Shown here: piece by piece, positions 21,214-30,020 of the stretch | Position numbering within the stretch: position 1 is the first letter of the stretch | Layout of the letters: each line of letters opens with the position of its first letter | Assembly: GCA_937988705.1 (NCBI GenBank) | Contig: CALKIA010000187.1 | Location: 2,716 to 66,715, forward strand | Direction of reading: 5' to 3' | From: an uncultured Chloroflexota bacterium | GTDB taxonomy: Bacteria; Chloroflexota; Anaerolineae; Aggregatilineales; Phototrophicaceae | Length of the DNA: 64,000 nucleotides | Notes under the pieces: model-generated | Seen by the model: only the letters and a program-made list of their open reading frames with translations | What the model was told of the DNA's origin: nothing | Database searches by the model: none | Translations under genes and position numbers: made by a program

Positions 21214-22617
21214 TTAGCTGCCAGCCGCCGGGTCAAGAATACCTGTCTGGAAGGCTTCGGCATTCGCCGCCATCAGCGCCGCTACGTCCGCGCTTTCGTC
21301 AGTGAGGACCGTCGTCATCACTTCGGCAATCGCGACATAGAAGTCCTGTGCGAAGGGCGGTTCTGGCACGAGCACAATTTCGCCCGCGTTGAGTGCATCA
21401 TAGAAGCCTTGATAGTTCTCGACCGGCATCGTAATAAACTGCTGATCGAAGGCATCAACCGTCGCCTGGAGCTCGCCCGTGAAGATGGGCAGCACGGGGG
21501 TACCAGCGCCAGCCTGCGTCGCATGGAAGATCGTGCGGGATGGGGCAAATTCGCCGGGGCTGAGGGTACGCCACACTTGGAAGACGATAGCGGCTTCTTG
21601 CTGGTCAGCGCTTGCGCCAGCAAACACCATCTGGTGACTTCCGCCGGTCAGCGTATAACGCATGCCATCGGGGGCTTGCGGCATTGCGCCGTAACCGAAG
21701 CGGGCAAGATCAACATCCGGCATATTGACGCGCAGCCAGCCGATACTGCCATCTGCGGGACTCATGAACATGATCGAGCGCCCATCGATGGTTTCAAATG
21801 TCGGGTTGCTGGCAAGGTCAAGCGGCAGTGCGTTTTCAGCATCGGGCCAACGCAGATCATAGAGGAATTGCATCGCTTCAACGGCTGCGCCTTCACCATA
21901 GACAGCGCTGTACGTGCCGTCGCCGTTATCGCGGATCAATTCGGTTGCGCCAAAGCCGTAGGCGAGGTTCGTGAAGTGCCAACCGCCAGCGCCACCCGAC
22001 AGGAACATGGCAAACCCGGCGACTCCGGCCGCTGGATCGGCTACTTCTTGCGCGACTGCGCCGAAGCCTTCCCATGTGGCAGGCGGGGCATCGTATCCGG
22101 CGACGCTTAGGGCGGCAATATCCCAACCGATTCCCTGTGCGTAGGAGAATTCGGGGAGGCCATAGGCGTGACCTTCGGCATCAGACAGCAGCGCCAGCAG
22201 CGTCGGATTGTAGACACCGCTCAGCCCCAATTGTTCAAACGATGCGGAGAGATCAGCGGCGACCCCTTGCGCGATCAAACGCTGAGGCTCAGTTGCCGGA
22301 ACGCCGAACAGCGTCGGCAGTGTGTCACCTGCGACCAGTGCCGCAAACGATTCGGGCGAGAAGCAGTACTGCGTCCGCTCAACAGTCACATTCGGATAGA
22401 CTTCCATGAAGCGGGCCAGCTGCGCGTCGAAATCTTGGCGCTGCTGCTCTTGATCCTCGCCGATACAAGCCGACACCGTAATCGAGACATCACGCCCTTC
22501 GGCGATGGTATCGGGCAGCGTGATCGGAAATTCTGGGAGTGTGACATCCTGTGCGGTAAGTGGTGCGATGGCGAACAGCATCAAACAGAAAACGAATACG
22601 AGGGTAAAACGCTTCAT
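21214..22617 (-). CDS. Sugar ABC transporter substrate-binding protein
   Basis: Signal peptide (LTAQD); GHAYGLP and PPATWE motifs; lies upstream of two permeases. Confidence 0.9.
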   Translation of the reverse strand: MKRFTLVFVFCLMLFAIAPLTAQDVTLPEFPITLPDTIAEGRDVSITVSACIGEDQEQQRQDFDAQLARFMEVYPNVTVERTQYCFSPESFAALVAGDTLPTLFGVPATEPQRLIAQGVAADLSASFEQLGLSGVYNPTLLALLSDAEGHAYGLPEFSYAQGIGWDIAALSVAGYDAPPATWEGFGAVAQEVADPAAGVAGFAMFLSGGAGGWHFTNLAYGFGATELIRDNGDGTYSAVYGEGAAVEAMQFLYDLRWPDAENALPLDLASNPTFETIDGRSIMFMSPADGSIGWLRVNMPDVDLARFGYGAMPQAPDGMRYTLTGGSHQMVFAGASADQQEAAIVFQVWRTLSPGEFAPSRTIFHATQAGAGTPVLPIFTGELQATVDAFDQQFITMPVENYQGFYDALNAGEIVLVPEPPFAQDFYVAIAEVMTTVLTDESADVAALMAANAEAFQTGILDPAAGS

Positions 22618-22855
22618 AATCGTTACTCCTATGTTAACGAATTTATGTTTGGGGCAGTTGTGGGAAACGAGTGTGGTTAAGAAGTAAAGCCAGAAGCAAA
22701 AAGCCCGACTCCCGAATATTGTGGTTGATCGTAGGTTCGCAATTTATAGTCGTGTCGCAGCTTAGCAGTTCCCCCTTTCAGTGAGTGCAGCATCCGGTGA
22801 CACCTGCAAACGGGAGGCTGCTTACCCTACCAAAACACTCGATCTCACAGTTTCA

Positions 22856-23836
22856 TCATAGGCTAGTGTCTTCCGTCCCGGAAGATAAAATCGTCTCACA
22901 AGCTGAACTGATTTTCTGATCTCCCCTACTGCCATCGAAAGCGCGGCGGAACTGCGAAGGCTGCATTCCAACCTGACGCAGGAATAGACGGTTGAATTCT
23001 TGCGCGCTGCTGAACCCGACCGAATAGGCAATCTGATGAATTGGCAGGTCGGTTGAACGCAGCAGGCGTTCTCCTTCGACCAAGCGCCGGGAATTACGAT
23101 ACGCGATAGGGGACGCGCCGAGCGCAGTGTTAAATAACGCGCACAGATGCGAACGGCTGACGAGCGCTGCCTGAGCCATATTATCCAGCGTCAATGGATC
23201 GGCAAACCGGCTTTCGACGAGCCGCAGCGCCGAACTAATCCGCCGGAGCGCTTCTCGGCGTTCATGATATTGGGGGGGCGTTTCCTGCTCGTGCAGCAGC
23301 CGCCGCGCCAGATGTCCCGCCGCCTGTATCAATAAGCCGCCTGTGACGATTTCCCACGCATGTTCCTGCTGTTCGGCTTCCTCCGCAATTTGATTGAGCA
23401 GGTCACGCAGGATCGGCGTGGCGGGGTCATGAAGTGGAATCATTGGACCCGACCGGTTGAAATCGAGAGTAAAGGGCAGCCATGTTTCTGAACGCATTTT
23501 CGTGATCCAGCTGTCCGTGATGATCGCCGGATGAAAATGCACGACAAACAATCCGACGGTTTCACACGAGTCGTCGGTATATGCCATATGGGGCTGTAGG
23601 TCATTGATGATGAAAACCTGTCCTGTTTGGAACTGATATTCTTCATCGCCAAAGACGAACATCCCATAGCCGGACGTGATCACGCCGATTTCATAACAAT
23701 CGTGAATGTGGCGTGCTTGTGGCGTGCTGCGATGAAGCTCACCCGGACCGAGATGAAACAAACGATCATGCTTGACGAGGTGTGTGCTGCACAGCACCGG
23801 AACATAAACGGGGGTAAGAGAACGCCAATTGATCAT
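22856..23836 (-). CDS. AraC-family transcriptional regulator
   Basis: Cupin HIHDCYEIG; C-terminal IAYSVGFSSAQEFNRLF...GMQPSQFR. Confidence 0.93.
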   Translation of the reverse strand: MINWRSLTPVYVPVLCSTHLVKHDRLFHLGPGELHRSTPQARHIHDCYEIGVITSGYGMFVFGDEEYQFQTGQVFIINDLQPHMAYTDDSCETVGLFVVHFHPAIITDSWITKMRSETWLPFTLDFNRSGPMIPLHDPATPILRDLLNQIAEEAEQQEHAWEIVTGGLLIQAAGHLARRLLHEQETPPQYHERREALRRISSALRLVESRFADPLTLDNMAQAALVSRSHLCALFNTALGASPIAYRNSRRLVEGERLLRSTDLPIHQIAYSVGFSSAQEFNRLFLRQVGMQPSQFRRAFDGSRGDQKISSACETILSSGTEDTSL

Positions 23837-23990
23837 AAGTCACATCGCAAATAAGCGAACCTGTTTCTAAAATGAATACAGCGTATTTTGAAACTCATTG
23901 TAAGCTCAACCAGAAAGTGAGGCAAGATGTCCGGCTTTGATCTGTTTTCGGGGATAGCAGACTTTCCAGCGCTCAATCCCGCTCGATAAG

Positions 23991-24153
23991 TGGTCTACCC
24001 CCGATAAAATGGGTCATCCGCATTTTGTATAAAAGGTAACATGCCAGTTGCATCACGCTTACTGAGTATTCCATCCCAAGCACCCTGTTATTTCAATTGG
24101 CGAGATTTGCTTCACACGAAGTGCAGATGAGCCACTAAACTGGGGGTAGACTA
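23991..24153. mobile_element. 163-bp IS3-type MITE/scar
   Basis: 26-nt imperfect TIRs: TGGTCTACCCCCGATAAAATGGGTCA versus reverse complement of the right end TAGTCTACCCCCAGTTTAGTGGCTCA (19/26). No internal ORF. Confidence 0.5.
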
Positions 24154-24168
24154 GGGGAATAGGGAAAC

Positions 24169-24197
24169 AAAAAACGGCGGGAACATTCCCACCGTTT
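24169..24197 (-). terminator. Rho-independent terminator (minus strand)
   Basis: Minus strand reads AAACGGTGGGAA-TG-TTCCCGCCGTTTTTT, followed by GTTT. Confidence 0.55.
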
Positions 24198-24529
24198 CAC
24201 CCGGAGCATGTTCGAATCAGCTCCAATTCTGCTGGGGCAGCATATTGCAAGGCTTCTCTATCTGTTTGGCGAAGTTGACTTATAGGCTTGCCGAGTTCAA
24301 TCTACAATACACACTCCAGACATGAACAGATGTCGTATCGCAATGTGAGCTTAGTCACTACGAAATACGACATTATTTCCGTATCTTAAACGAAGGGAGT
24401 GCTGCTTTTATTTCACGATTTACTCGATCTCCATATGGTTAAGGCGGCAATCCGAGAGTGATGGCACATTAACCCTGTCGGTACTCACTTTTACTTATGC
24501 GTTGCAGCTCAAGCGGAGTCTCGGCAGCA

Positions 24530-25912
24530 ATGGCCATCGAGCTTTTTAGTGTTTCCTTGTTCGGCACAATTCTCATCTACGCGCCACTGCTGTCCCTGTC
24601 TGCTTTGATAAACCCTCGCGCGGCAGAGGCCATCACTCAAGCTTACCCGGATGCTACATCGCTCCCACCCGTTCTCTATGAGTTCGGGCAAGCTGTATTT
24701 TCCTCTGCGCCTGAGCCATCTGCCCCGCTCAACGCTCCACTCGACCCTTTCTATCTTGGCATCATTCCAACGCGCGGATGCAATATCGGCTGCAAATACT
24801 GCGATTTCGCCGCGCCCAAGCACATCAGCCCGGTGATGTCCCTTGACACAGCACAACAAGCAGTGGACGCCTACCTCACCCTGCTGAGGCAGGCGGGGCA
24901 TACCGATGGACAAATTCACTTCTTCGGGGGAGAGCCGTTTTATGCGCCCGTGCTCGTGCGCGATGTGGTTGAATACGCCGAGGCAGCGGCGCAAAAGCAC
25001 GGAATTACCTTGCGTTTTGAAGCGACGACCAACGGTGTCTTTGGCGCTGATCTGTGCCAGTGGATTGGCGATCACTTCGATGCGGTTGTTCTCTCGCTGG
25101 ATGGTTTGCGGCAAGACCATGACCGCCACCGTCCAGCACTCAACGGACGCGGAACCTTCGAGATCGTCGCCCGAACCGCACGCAGTCTCTCCGCCAGCCC
25201 ATGCGATCTCATCGTACGCGCTTGTGTCACCGCCGAGTCGGTGGCGTGTATGCCCGATTTCGCCCATTGGATTGGGGCAGAACTCAAACCGAGCATCGTC
25301 TGCTTTGAGACGCTGAGTGTCTCCCCACTCGCAGTTGAAGCCGGATTCGCCGCGCCCGATCCGCATGACTTCGCGCGCTATTTTGACCGCGCCACCGAAA
25401 TCCTGTCTACGTATGGGATTGAGACCGTGACATCTTCTGCCGATATCAGTGAAGCGCGAACGAGTTTCTGCCCGGTGAGCAAAGACGCGCTGATCGTTTC
25501 GCCGGATGGTGCGGTCGATGCGTGTTATTTGCTGGAAAGTGACTGGCAGGCACGCGGACTCGATATGCGGTTGGGGCAGCTGCAAAGCGGCACATTTGCG
25601 CTTGACTCTGCATCTTTGCGTCGCGTCCGCTCGATGCAGGTACAGAACCGCCCGCTGTGCGCCGACTGCCTGTGCCGCTTTCACTGCGCGGGCGGCTGCC
25701 ACGTTCACCACAACACCCACCGCGCACCGGGTCAATTTGACGACTGGTGCATCCAGACGCGGCTGATAACGATTACGCGGCTGCTGCGCGGTTTGGGCGA
25801 ACATGAGCGCGCCGACGCTTTTCTCGCTGACCGTTCCGCATCGGAAATAGCGGTTTGGCAACCGAGTGATCGCCTGATTACGCATCCAATCTCCCAGTCG
25901 GTACCCGAATGA
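24530..25912 (+). CDS. Radical SAM/SPASM peptide/protein maturase 1
   Basis: CNIGCKYC; FFGGEP; TTNG; SLDG. SPASM region C(PVSK)...AC...CADCLCRFHCAGGC...C. Start placed at ATG 24530 after GGAG. Confidence 0.92.
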   Translation: MAIELFSVSLFGTILIYAPLLSLSALINPRAAEAITQAYPDATSLPPVLYEFGQAVFSSAPEPSAPLNAPLDPFYLGIIPTRGCNIGCKYCDFAAPKHISPVMSLDTAQQAVDAYLTLLRQAGHTDGQIHFFGGEPFYAPVLVRDVVEYAEAAAQKHGITLRFEATTNGVFGADLCQWIGDHFDAVVLSLDGLRQDHDRHRPALNGRGTFEIVARTARSLSASPCDLIVRACVTAESVACMPDFAHWIGAELKPSIVCFETLSVSPLAVEAGFAAPDPHDFARYFDRATEILSTYGIETVTSSADISEARTSFCPVSKDALIVSPDGAVDACYLLESDWQARGLDMRLGQLQSGTFALDSASLRRVRSMQVQNRPLCADCLCRFHCAGGCHVHHNTHRAPGQFDDWCIQTRLITITRLLRGLGEHERADAFLADRSASEIAVWQPSDRLITHPISQSVPE

Positions 25913-27291
25913 GCCGAAACAGGAGTCCCAACATGAGCATGTACGTCTACACGATCCCGATTCAAGACCAGTACCTCATCTACCGACCGCTGCGTAAGTT
26001 GGCATTTGTCGGTAACCGGGCGCTCGGCACGATTTGTCAGAACATCGCGGCGGGCAAGCTCACCCGTGAGCAAGTCCCGGACTCGGTGCGTGCCTTCTTA
26101 GACGGCATCGACTTCTTCGCGGATGATCCGCCGCCGCCCACGCCGCCGGATCACGCCTTTCGACCCACCAGCGCCGTCCTGCTGATGACCAACCGCTGCA
26201 ATTTGCGCTGCACCTACTGCTACGCCAACGCCGGAGTACTCGCACCCGTCGATCTGTCGCTGGAACTGGCGCAAACCGTGATCGATCAAGTGGCGGCGAG
26301 CGCACAGGCACAGGGCGGATCGTACTTTGAACTGTGTTTTCACGGCGGCGGCGAACCGACCCAAAACTGGCAGGTCATGCAGCAGGCAACCGCCTATGCC
26401 CGCACGAAGCTGATCCCTGCGAAGGTGGTGATGGTCAGCAATGGGATATGGTCGCCCGCACAGCGCGAATGGGTGCTGACGCACATGGACGGCGTGACGA
26501 TCTCGTTTGATGGTCGCCCCTCAACGCAGGACGCGCAGCGCATTCTCCCCAATGGCGCAGGATCATCGGCGCTGGTGCTGGAGACGATCCACGCGCTTGA
26601 TGAAGCCCATTTCGATTACGGCATTCGGATGACGGCGACTGCCCCTTGGCGCGAAACGCTGCCCGCCGATGTGCGGTTCATCTGCGAGAACACGGGCTGT
26701 AAATCGCTGCAAGTCGAACCCGCGTTCAACACGGTGCGCGGCACCCACCGTGAGTCGTCGGAGGAGCAGAGTCAGGCGTTCGTTGATGCATTTATGGAAG
26801 CGTTTGAGATCGCGGCGCGTGCCGGACGCCAACTGACCTATTCCGGGGCGCGTCCCTGGTTGCTCACGATGAGCTTTTGCACCGCCCCCTACAACGCACT
26901 GATCGTCAATGCGAACCGTGAACTGGTGACCTGTTACGAGATCGCCAGTGATGCTCACGCGCTGGCAAACATCTCTACGATTGGCGCGATTGATGCCGCA
27001 GGCGAATTGACGCTCGATTCAACCCGGCGCGAGTCCCTGCTCAACCGCCTTGAAACCAAGCAGACGGATCACTGTGCCGACTGCTTCGCCCGCTATCACT
27101 GCGCGGGGGATTGCTACACACGCTCAACGAGTGTGATTGACGGGGAATTACAGGTAACAAGCGCGCGCTGCCAGATCAACCGGGCACTGACCGCTCAACT
27201 GCTGCTGTGGTACGTCATGGCAGGGGATGGCGTGTGGAACGGGCAAACAATTTTGACAATGCCAACTTCGCAACTATCAGCCATGTACTAG
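25909..27291 (+). CDS. Radical SAM/SPASM peptide/protein maturase 2
   Basis: CNLRCTYC; FHGGGEP; SNG; SFDG. SPASM region CTAP...TC...CADCFARYHCAGDC...C. ATGA overlap with the upstream gene; ATG 25933 after AGGAG is an alternative start. Confidence 0.93.
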   Translation: MSRNRSPNMSMYVYTIPIQDQYLIYRPLRKLAFVGNRALGTICQNIAAGKLTREQVPDSVRAFLDGIDFFADDPPPPTPPDHAFRPTSAVLLMTNRCNLRCTYCYANAGVLAPVDLSLELAQTVIDQVAASAQAQGGSYFELCFHGGGEPTQNWQVMQQATAYARTKLIPAKVVMVSNGIWSPAQREWVLTHMDGVTISFDGRPSTQDAQRILPNGAGSSALVLETIHALDEAHFDYGIRMTATAPWRETLPADVRFICENTGCKSLQVEPAFNTVRGTHRESSEEQSQAFVDAFMEAFEIAARAGRQLTYSGARPWLLTMSFCTAPYNALIVNANRELVTCYEIASDAHALANISTIGAIDAAGELTLDSTRRESLLNRLETKQTDHCADCFARYHCAGDCYTRSTSVIDGELQVTSARCQINRALTAQLLLWYVMAGDGVWNGQTILTMPTSQLSAMY

Positions 27292-27304
27292 AGGACTGAC
27301 AGCA

Positions 27305-28678
27305 ATGTCCGATCAAACCCATAAGCCCAATGAAGATGAGCCGCAAATCTTTGCCGTGAACAAAGGCGCGCGGGGTTGGCACTTCAATCGCCGGAACTTC
27401 CTGAAAGCGACCAGTGTCGCTGGTGCGGCGCTAACCGTAGGCGGATGTCAATCGCAGACTCCTACACCTACTAGCACATCCATGCCAACCAACACGCCGC
27501 CTCCAACCAATACGCCAATGCCAACCGGCGTGCCGCCGGCACGAGGCGCACGGGCGCATGCATCTGACGTTCAGTCAGTTGCTATCAGCGCGGATGGGAT
27601 GCTGCTCGCTTCTGGTAGCTCTGATAACACCATCAAGTTGTGGTCGCTGCCCGATGGCGCGCTACTCAACACGCTCGAAGGGCATGCATCTGAAGTTAAC
27701 TCAGTAGCCATCAGCGCAGATGGGACACTGCTCGCGTCAGGGAGTTACGATAATACCATCAAACTGTGGTCGCTGCCGGATGGCACCCTTCGCCACACGC
27801 TTGATGGGCATGCATCTATCGTTAACTCACTTGTTATCAGCGCGGATGGGATGCTACTCGCTTCTGGCAGTTCTGATAACACCATCAAGTTGTGGTCGCT
27901 GCCCGATGGAGCGCTACTCAACACGCTCGAAGGGCATACAAATTTGGTTGTGTCAGTTGCTATCAGTGCGGATAGGACGCTGCTCGCATCAGGGAGTTAC
28001 GATAATACCATCAAACTGTGGTCGCTGCCGGATGGCACCCTTCGACATACGCTTGAAGGATCTGCATCATATGTTCATTCAGTTGCAATTAGCGCGGACG
28101 GCACTCTGCTCGCATCGGCAGGGTCTGGTCAAAGTAGCGGCAGCAACGGCAACATCAAGCTGTGGTCGCTGCCAGATGGAGCACTTCTCAACACGTTTGG
28201 CGAACCTTATTCTGAAGTTCACCTACTTGCTATAAGCGCGGATAGTACTCTGCTCGCGTCAGGACGTTCCGGTGGTAGTACCATCGAGCTGTGGTCGCTG
28301 CCGGATGGCGTGATGCGTGGATTTATGTCGGACGTTTCCTTTTTTTCAGTTGACATTTTTTCAATTGCCATCAACCCGGATAATACTCTGCTCGCATCGG
28401 CGGGGAGGTCTCCCGGCGGTAGCGGTGGTAGTATCAAGTTGTGGTCGCTAGCGGACGGGACGTATCTACGTGATTTGATAGATATTGCTGTAAGTGAACC
28501 TGAATTTGAAGGAGCACAGTATTCCCCCGATGATGAAGGTAGCAGCGTAATCACCTTATCCTGTGGTTCACCTATTCCCGCCGGATCGACCTGCATCTGC
28601 AATTGCGTGACGGGCAGCGGTTGTTCCTGTGTGGGGCATCGTAGTGGCGGGGGTAGTCATTACTGGTATCCGAATTAA
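27305..28678 (+). CDS. Tat lipoprotein, 7-bladed WD40 propeller with Cys-rich HYWYPN tail (paralog 1)
   Basis: NRRNFLK; lipobox VGGC (Cys48); Pro/Thr linker; 7 WD repeats; tail CGSPIPAGSTCICNCVTGSGCSCVGHRSGGGSHYWYPN. Confidence 0.9.
   Translation: MSDQTHKPNEDEPQIFAVNKGARGWHFNRRNFLKATSVAGAALTVGGCQSQTPTPTSTSMPTNTPPPTNTPMPTGVPPARGARAHASDVQSVAISADGMLLASGSSDNTIKLWSLPDGALLNTLEGHASEVNSVAISADGTLLASGSYDNTIKLWSLPDGTLRHTLDGHASIVNSLVISADGMLLASGSSDNTIKLWSLPDGALLNTLEGHTNLVVSVAISADRTLLASGSYDNTIKLWSLPDGTLRHTLEGSASYVHSVAISADGTLLASAGSGQSSGSNGNIKLWSLPDGALLNTFGEPYSEVHLLAISADSTLLASGRSGGSTIELWSLPDGVMRGFMSDVSFFSVDIFSIAINPDNTLLASAGRSPGGSGGSIKLWSLADGTYLRDLIDIAVSEPEFEGAQYSPDDEGSSVITLSCGSPIPAGSTCICNCVTGSGCSCVGHRSGGGSHYWYPN
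27557..28060 (+). repeat. Four near-identical 126-bp WD40 coding repeats in A-B-A-B pattern
   Basis: Units start at 27557, 27683, 27809 and 27935. Units 1/3 and 2/4 are the closest pairs (252-bp period). Confidence 0.9.
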
Positions 28679-28697
28679 CTGAGAAAGTGCAGCGAAC

Positions 28698-29996
28698 GTG
28701 ACTGAGGAAAGTTTCAACCCTAATCAGAACGAAGACGAACCACAAGTGTACGCCGTGAACAAAGGCGCGCAGGGCTGGCAGTTCAATCGCCGGGATTTCC
28801 TGAAAGCGGCAGGGGTCGCGGGTGCGGCGGGCGCGATAGGGAGTGCCACATCACCGGCGCACGCCCAAGCCGGCGATGGCACTGCGCTGACTCCTGCCGA
28901 CCCGCCGCCTTTGGGCACGCGCGCTCACCGGCTCGGAGTCACTTCAATTGCTCTCAGCGGAGATGGAACGCTGCTCGTATCAGCGAGCAGCGATCAGACA
29001 TTCAAACTGTGGACATTGCCAGATGCTGCCCTCATTCGCACCCTCGATCGACATTTAGGTAGCGTTACCGCTGTGGCCATCAGTGAGGATGGGACATTGC
29101 TCGCGTCCGGCGGCGATTTCATGGATCGAACTATTCGTTTATGGTCGTTGCCAGATGCCGATTATCGCCGCACGCTGCGGTCAGGCCCTGCGCAAGCCAT
29201 CAAGATCAGTCCGGATGGCACCCTGCTCGTCGTAGCTGATGCGGATCATGCTATCCAGTTGCGATCACTGCCGACTGGCGAACTTCTGAATACATTGGAA
29301 GGTCACCGAGACCTGATTTATTCGCTCGCGATCAGTCCGGATGGAAGATTGCTCGCTTCGGGCGCAAGAGACAACACGGTCAAGCTGTGGTCACTGCCAG
29401 ACGGTGAACTCCTCCAGACCCTCGAAGGGCATACTGATGGAATAAAAGCCGTCGCGATCAGCGCTGATGGTCGGTTGCTTGCTTCCGGGAGTGAGGACGC
29501 TACGATCAGGTTATGGACACTGCCCGAAGGAACGCTGCTACGCACGATCAACAATCAATATAATCTTGAATCCCTAGCAATCAGTCCGGATAGTAGCCTG
29601 CTGGCCGTGGCGAGTTGGGATCGTACGGTCAAATTGTGGTCACTGCCGGATGGCATACTCGGCAATACGCTGCAAGGGCACTCTGACGTTGTCAGTTCCG
29701 TCGCGATCAGCGCCGATGGGACTCTGCTCGCCTCTGGAAGCTGGAATGGTACGCTCAAGTTGTGGTCACTGCCAGATGGAGTGTATCTGCGGGAATTTAT
29801 CGACATTGCCGCTAGTGGCCCTGAATTCGAAGGGGTGCAGTATTCCCCCCACGACGAAGGCGCCAGTGTTATCACGTTGCCTTGCGGTTCGCCGATTCCC
29901 GCAGGATCGACCTGTATCTGTAACTGTGTGACGGGGAGTTCCTGTTCTTGTGTCGGATTTAGCGGCGGTAGCGGTCACTACTGGTATCCGAACTAG
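28698..29996 (+). CDS. Tat-exported 7-bladed WD40 propeller with Cys-rich HYWYPN tail (paralog 2)
   Basis: NRRDFLK; AHA|Q SPase I site; 7 WD repeats; tail CGSPIPAGSTCICNCVTGSSCSCVGFSGGSGHYWYPN. Confidence 0.9.
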   Translation: MTEESFNPNQNEDEPQVYAVNKGAQGWQFNRRDFLKAAGVAGAAGAIGSATSPAHAQAGDGTALTPADPPPLGTRAHRLGVTSIALSGDGTLLVSASSDQTFKLWTLPDAALIRTLDRHLGSVTAVAISEDGTLLASGGDFMDRTIRLWSLPDADYRRTLRSGPAQAIKISPDGTLLVVADADHAIQLRSLPTGELLNTLEGHRDLIYSLAISPDGRLLASGARDNTVKLWSLPDGELLQTLEGHTDGIKAVAISADGRLLASGSEDATIRLWTLPEGTLLRTINNQYNLESLAISPDSSLLAVASWDRTVKLWSLPDGILGNTLQGHSDVVSSVAISADGTLLASGSWNGTLKLWSLPDGVYLREFIDIAASGPEFEGVQYSPHDEGASVITLPCGSPIPAGSTCICNCVTGSSCSCVGFSGGSGHYWYPN

Positions 29997-30020
29997 TATA
30001 TTCACATTGAGGATAAGCTC

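Noticed and set aside
24160-24530. A conventional short RiPP precursor ORF upstream of or within the rSAM cluster
   Set aside because: I found no convincing small ORF with an RBS and a Cys- or aromatic-rich core by eye. A very short one cannot be fully excluded.
24509-25885. 458-aa antisense ORF over rSAM 1 (similarly 30071-31114, 21208-22110, 6908-7804)
   Set aside because: These are shadow ORFs opposite well-supported genes in GC-rich DNA, with no recognisable motifs.
27557-28200. Regular ~126-bp repeats as a CRISPR array or a DGR template/variable pair
   Set aside because: They are in-frame WD40 coding repeats with no repeat-spacer structure. The differences are not confined to adenines, and there is no cas or reverse transcriptase gene in the window.
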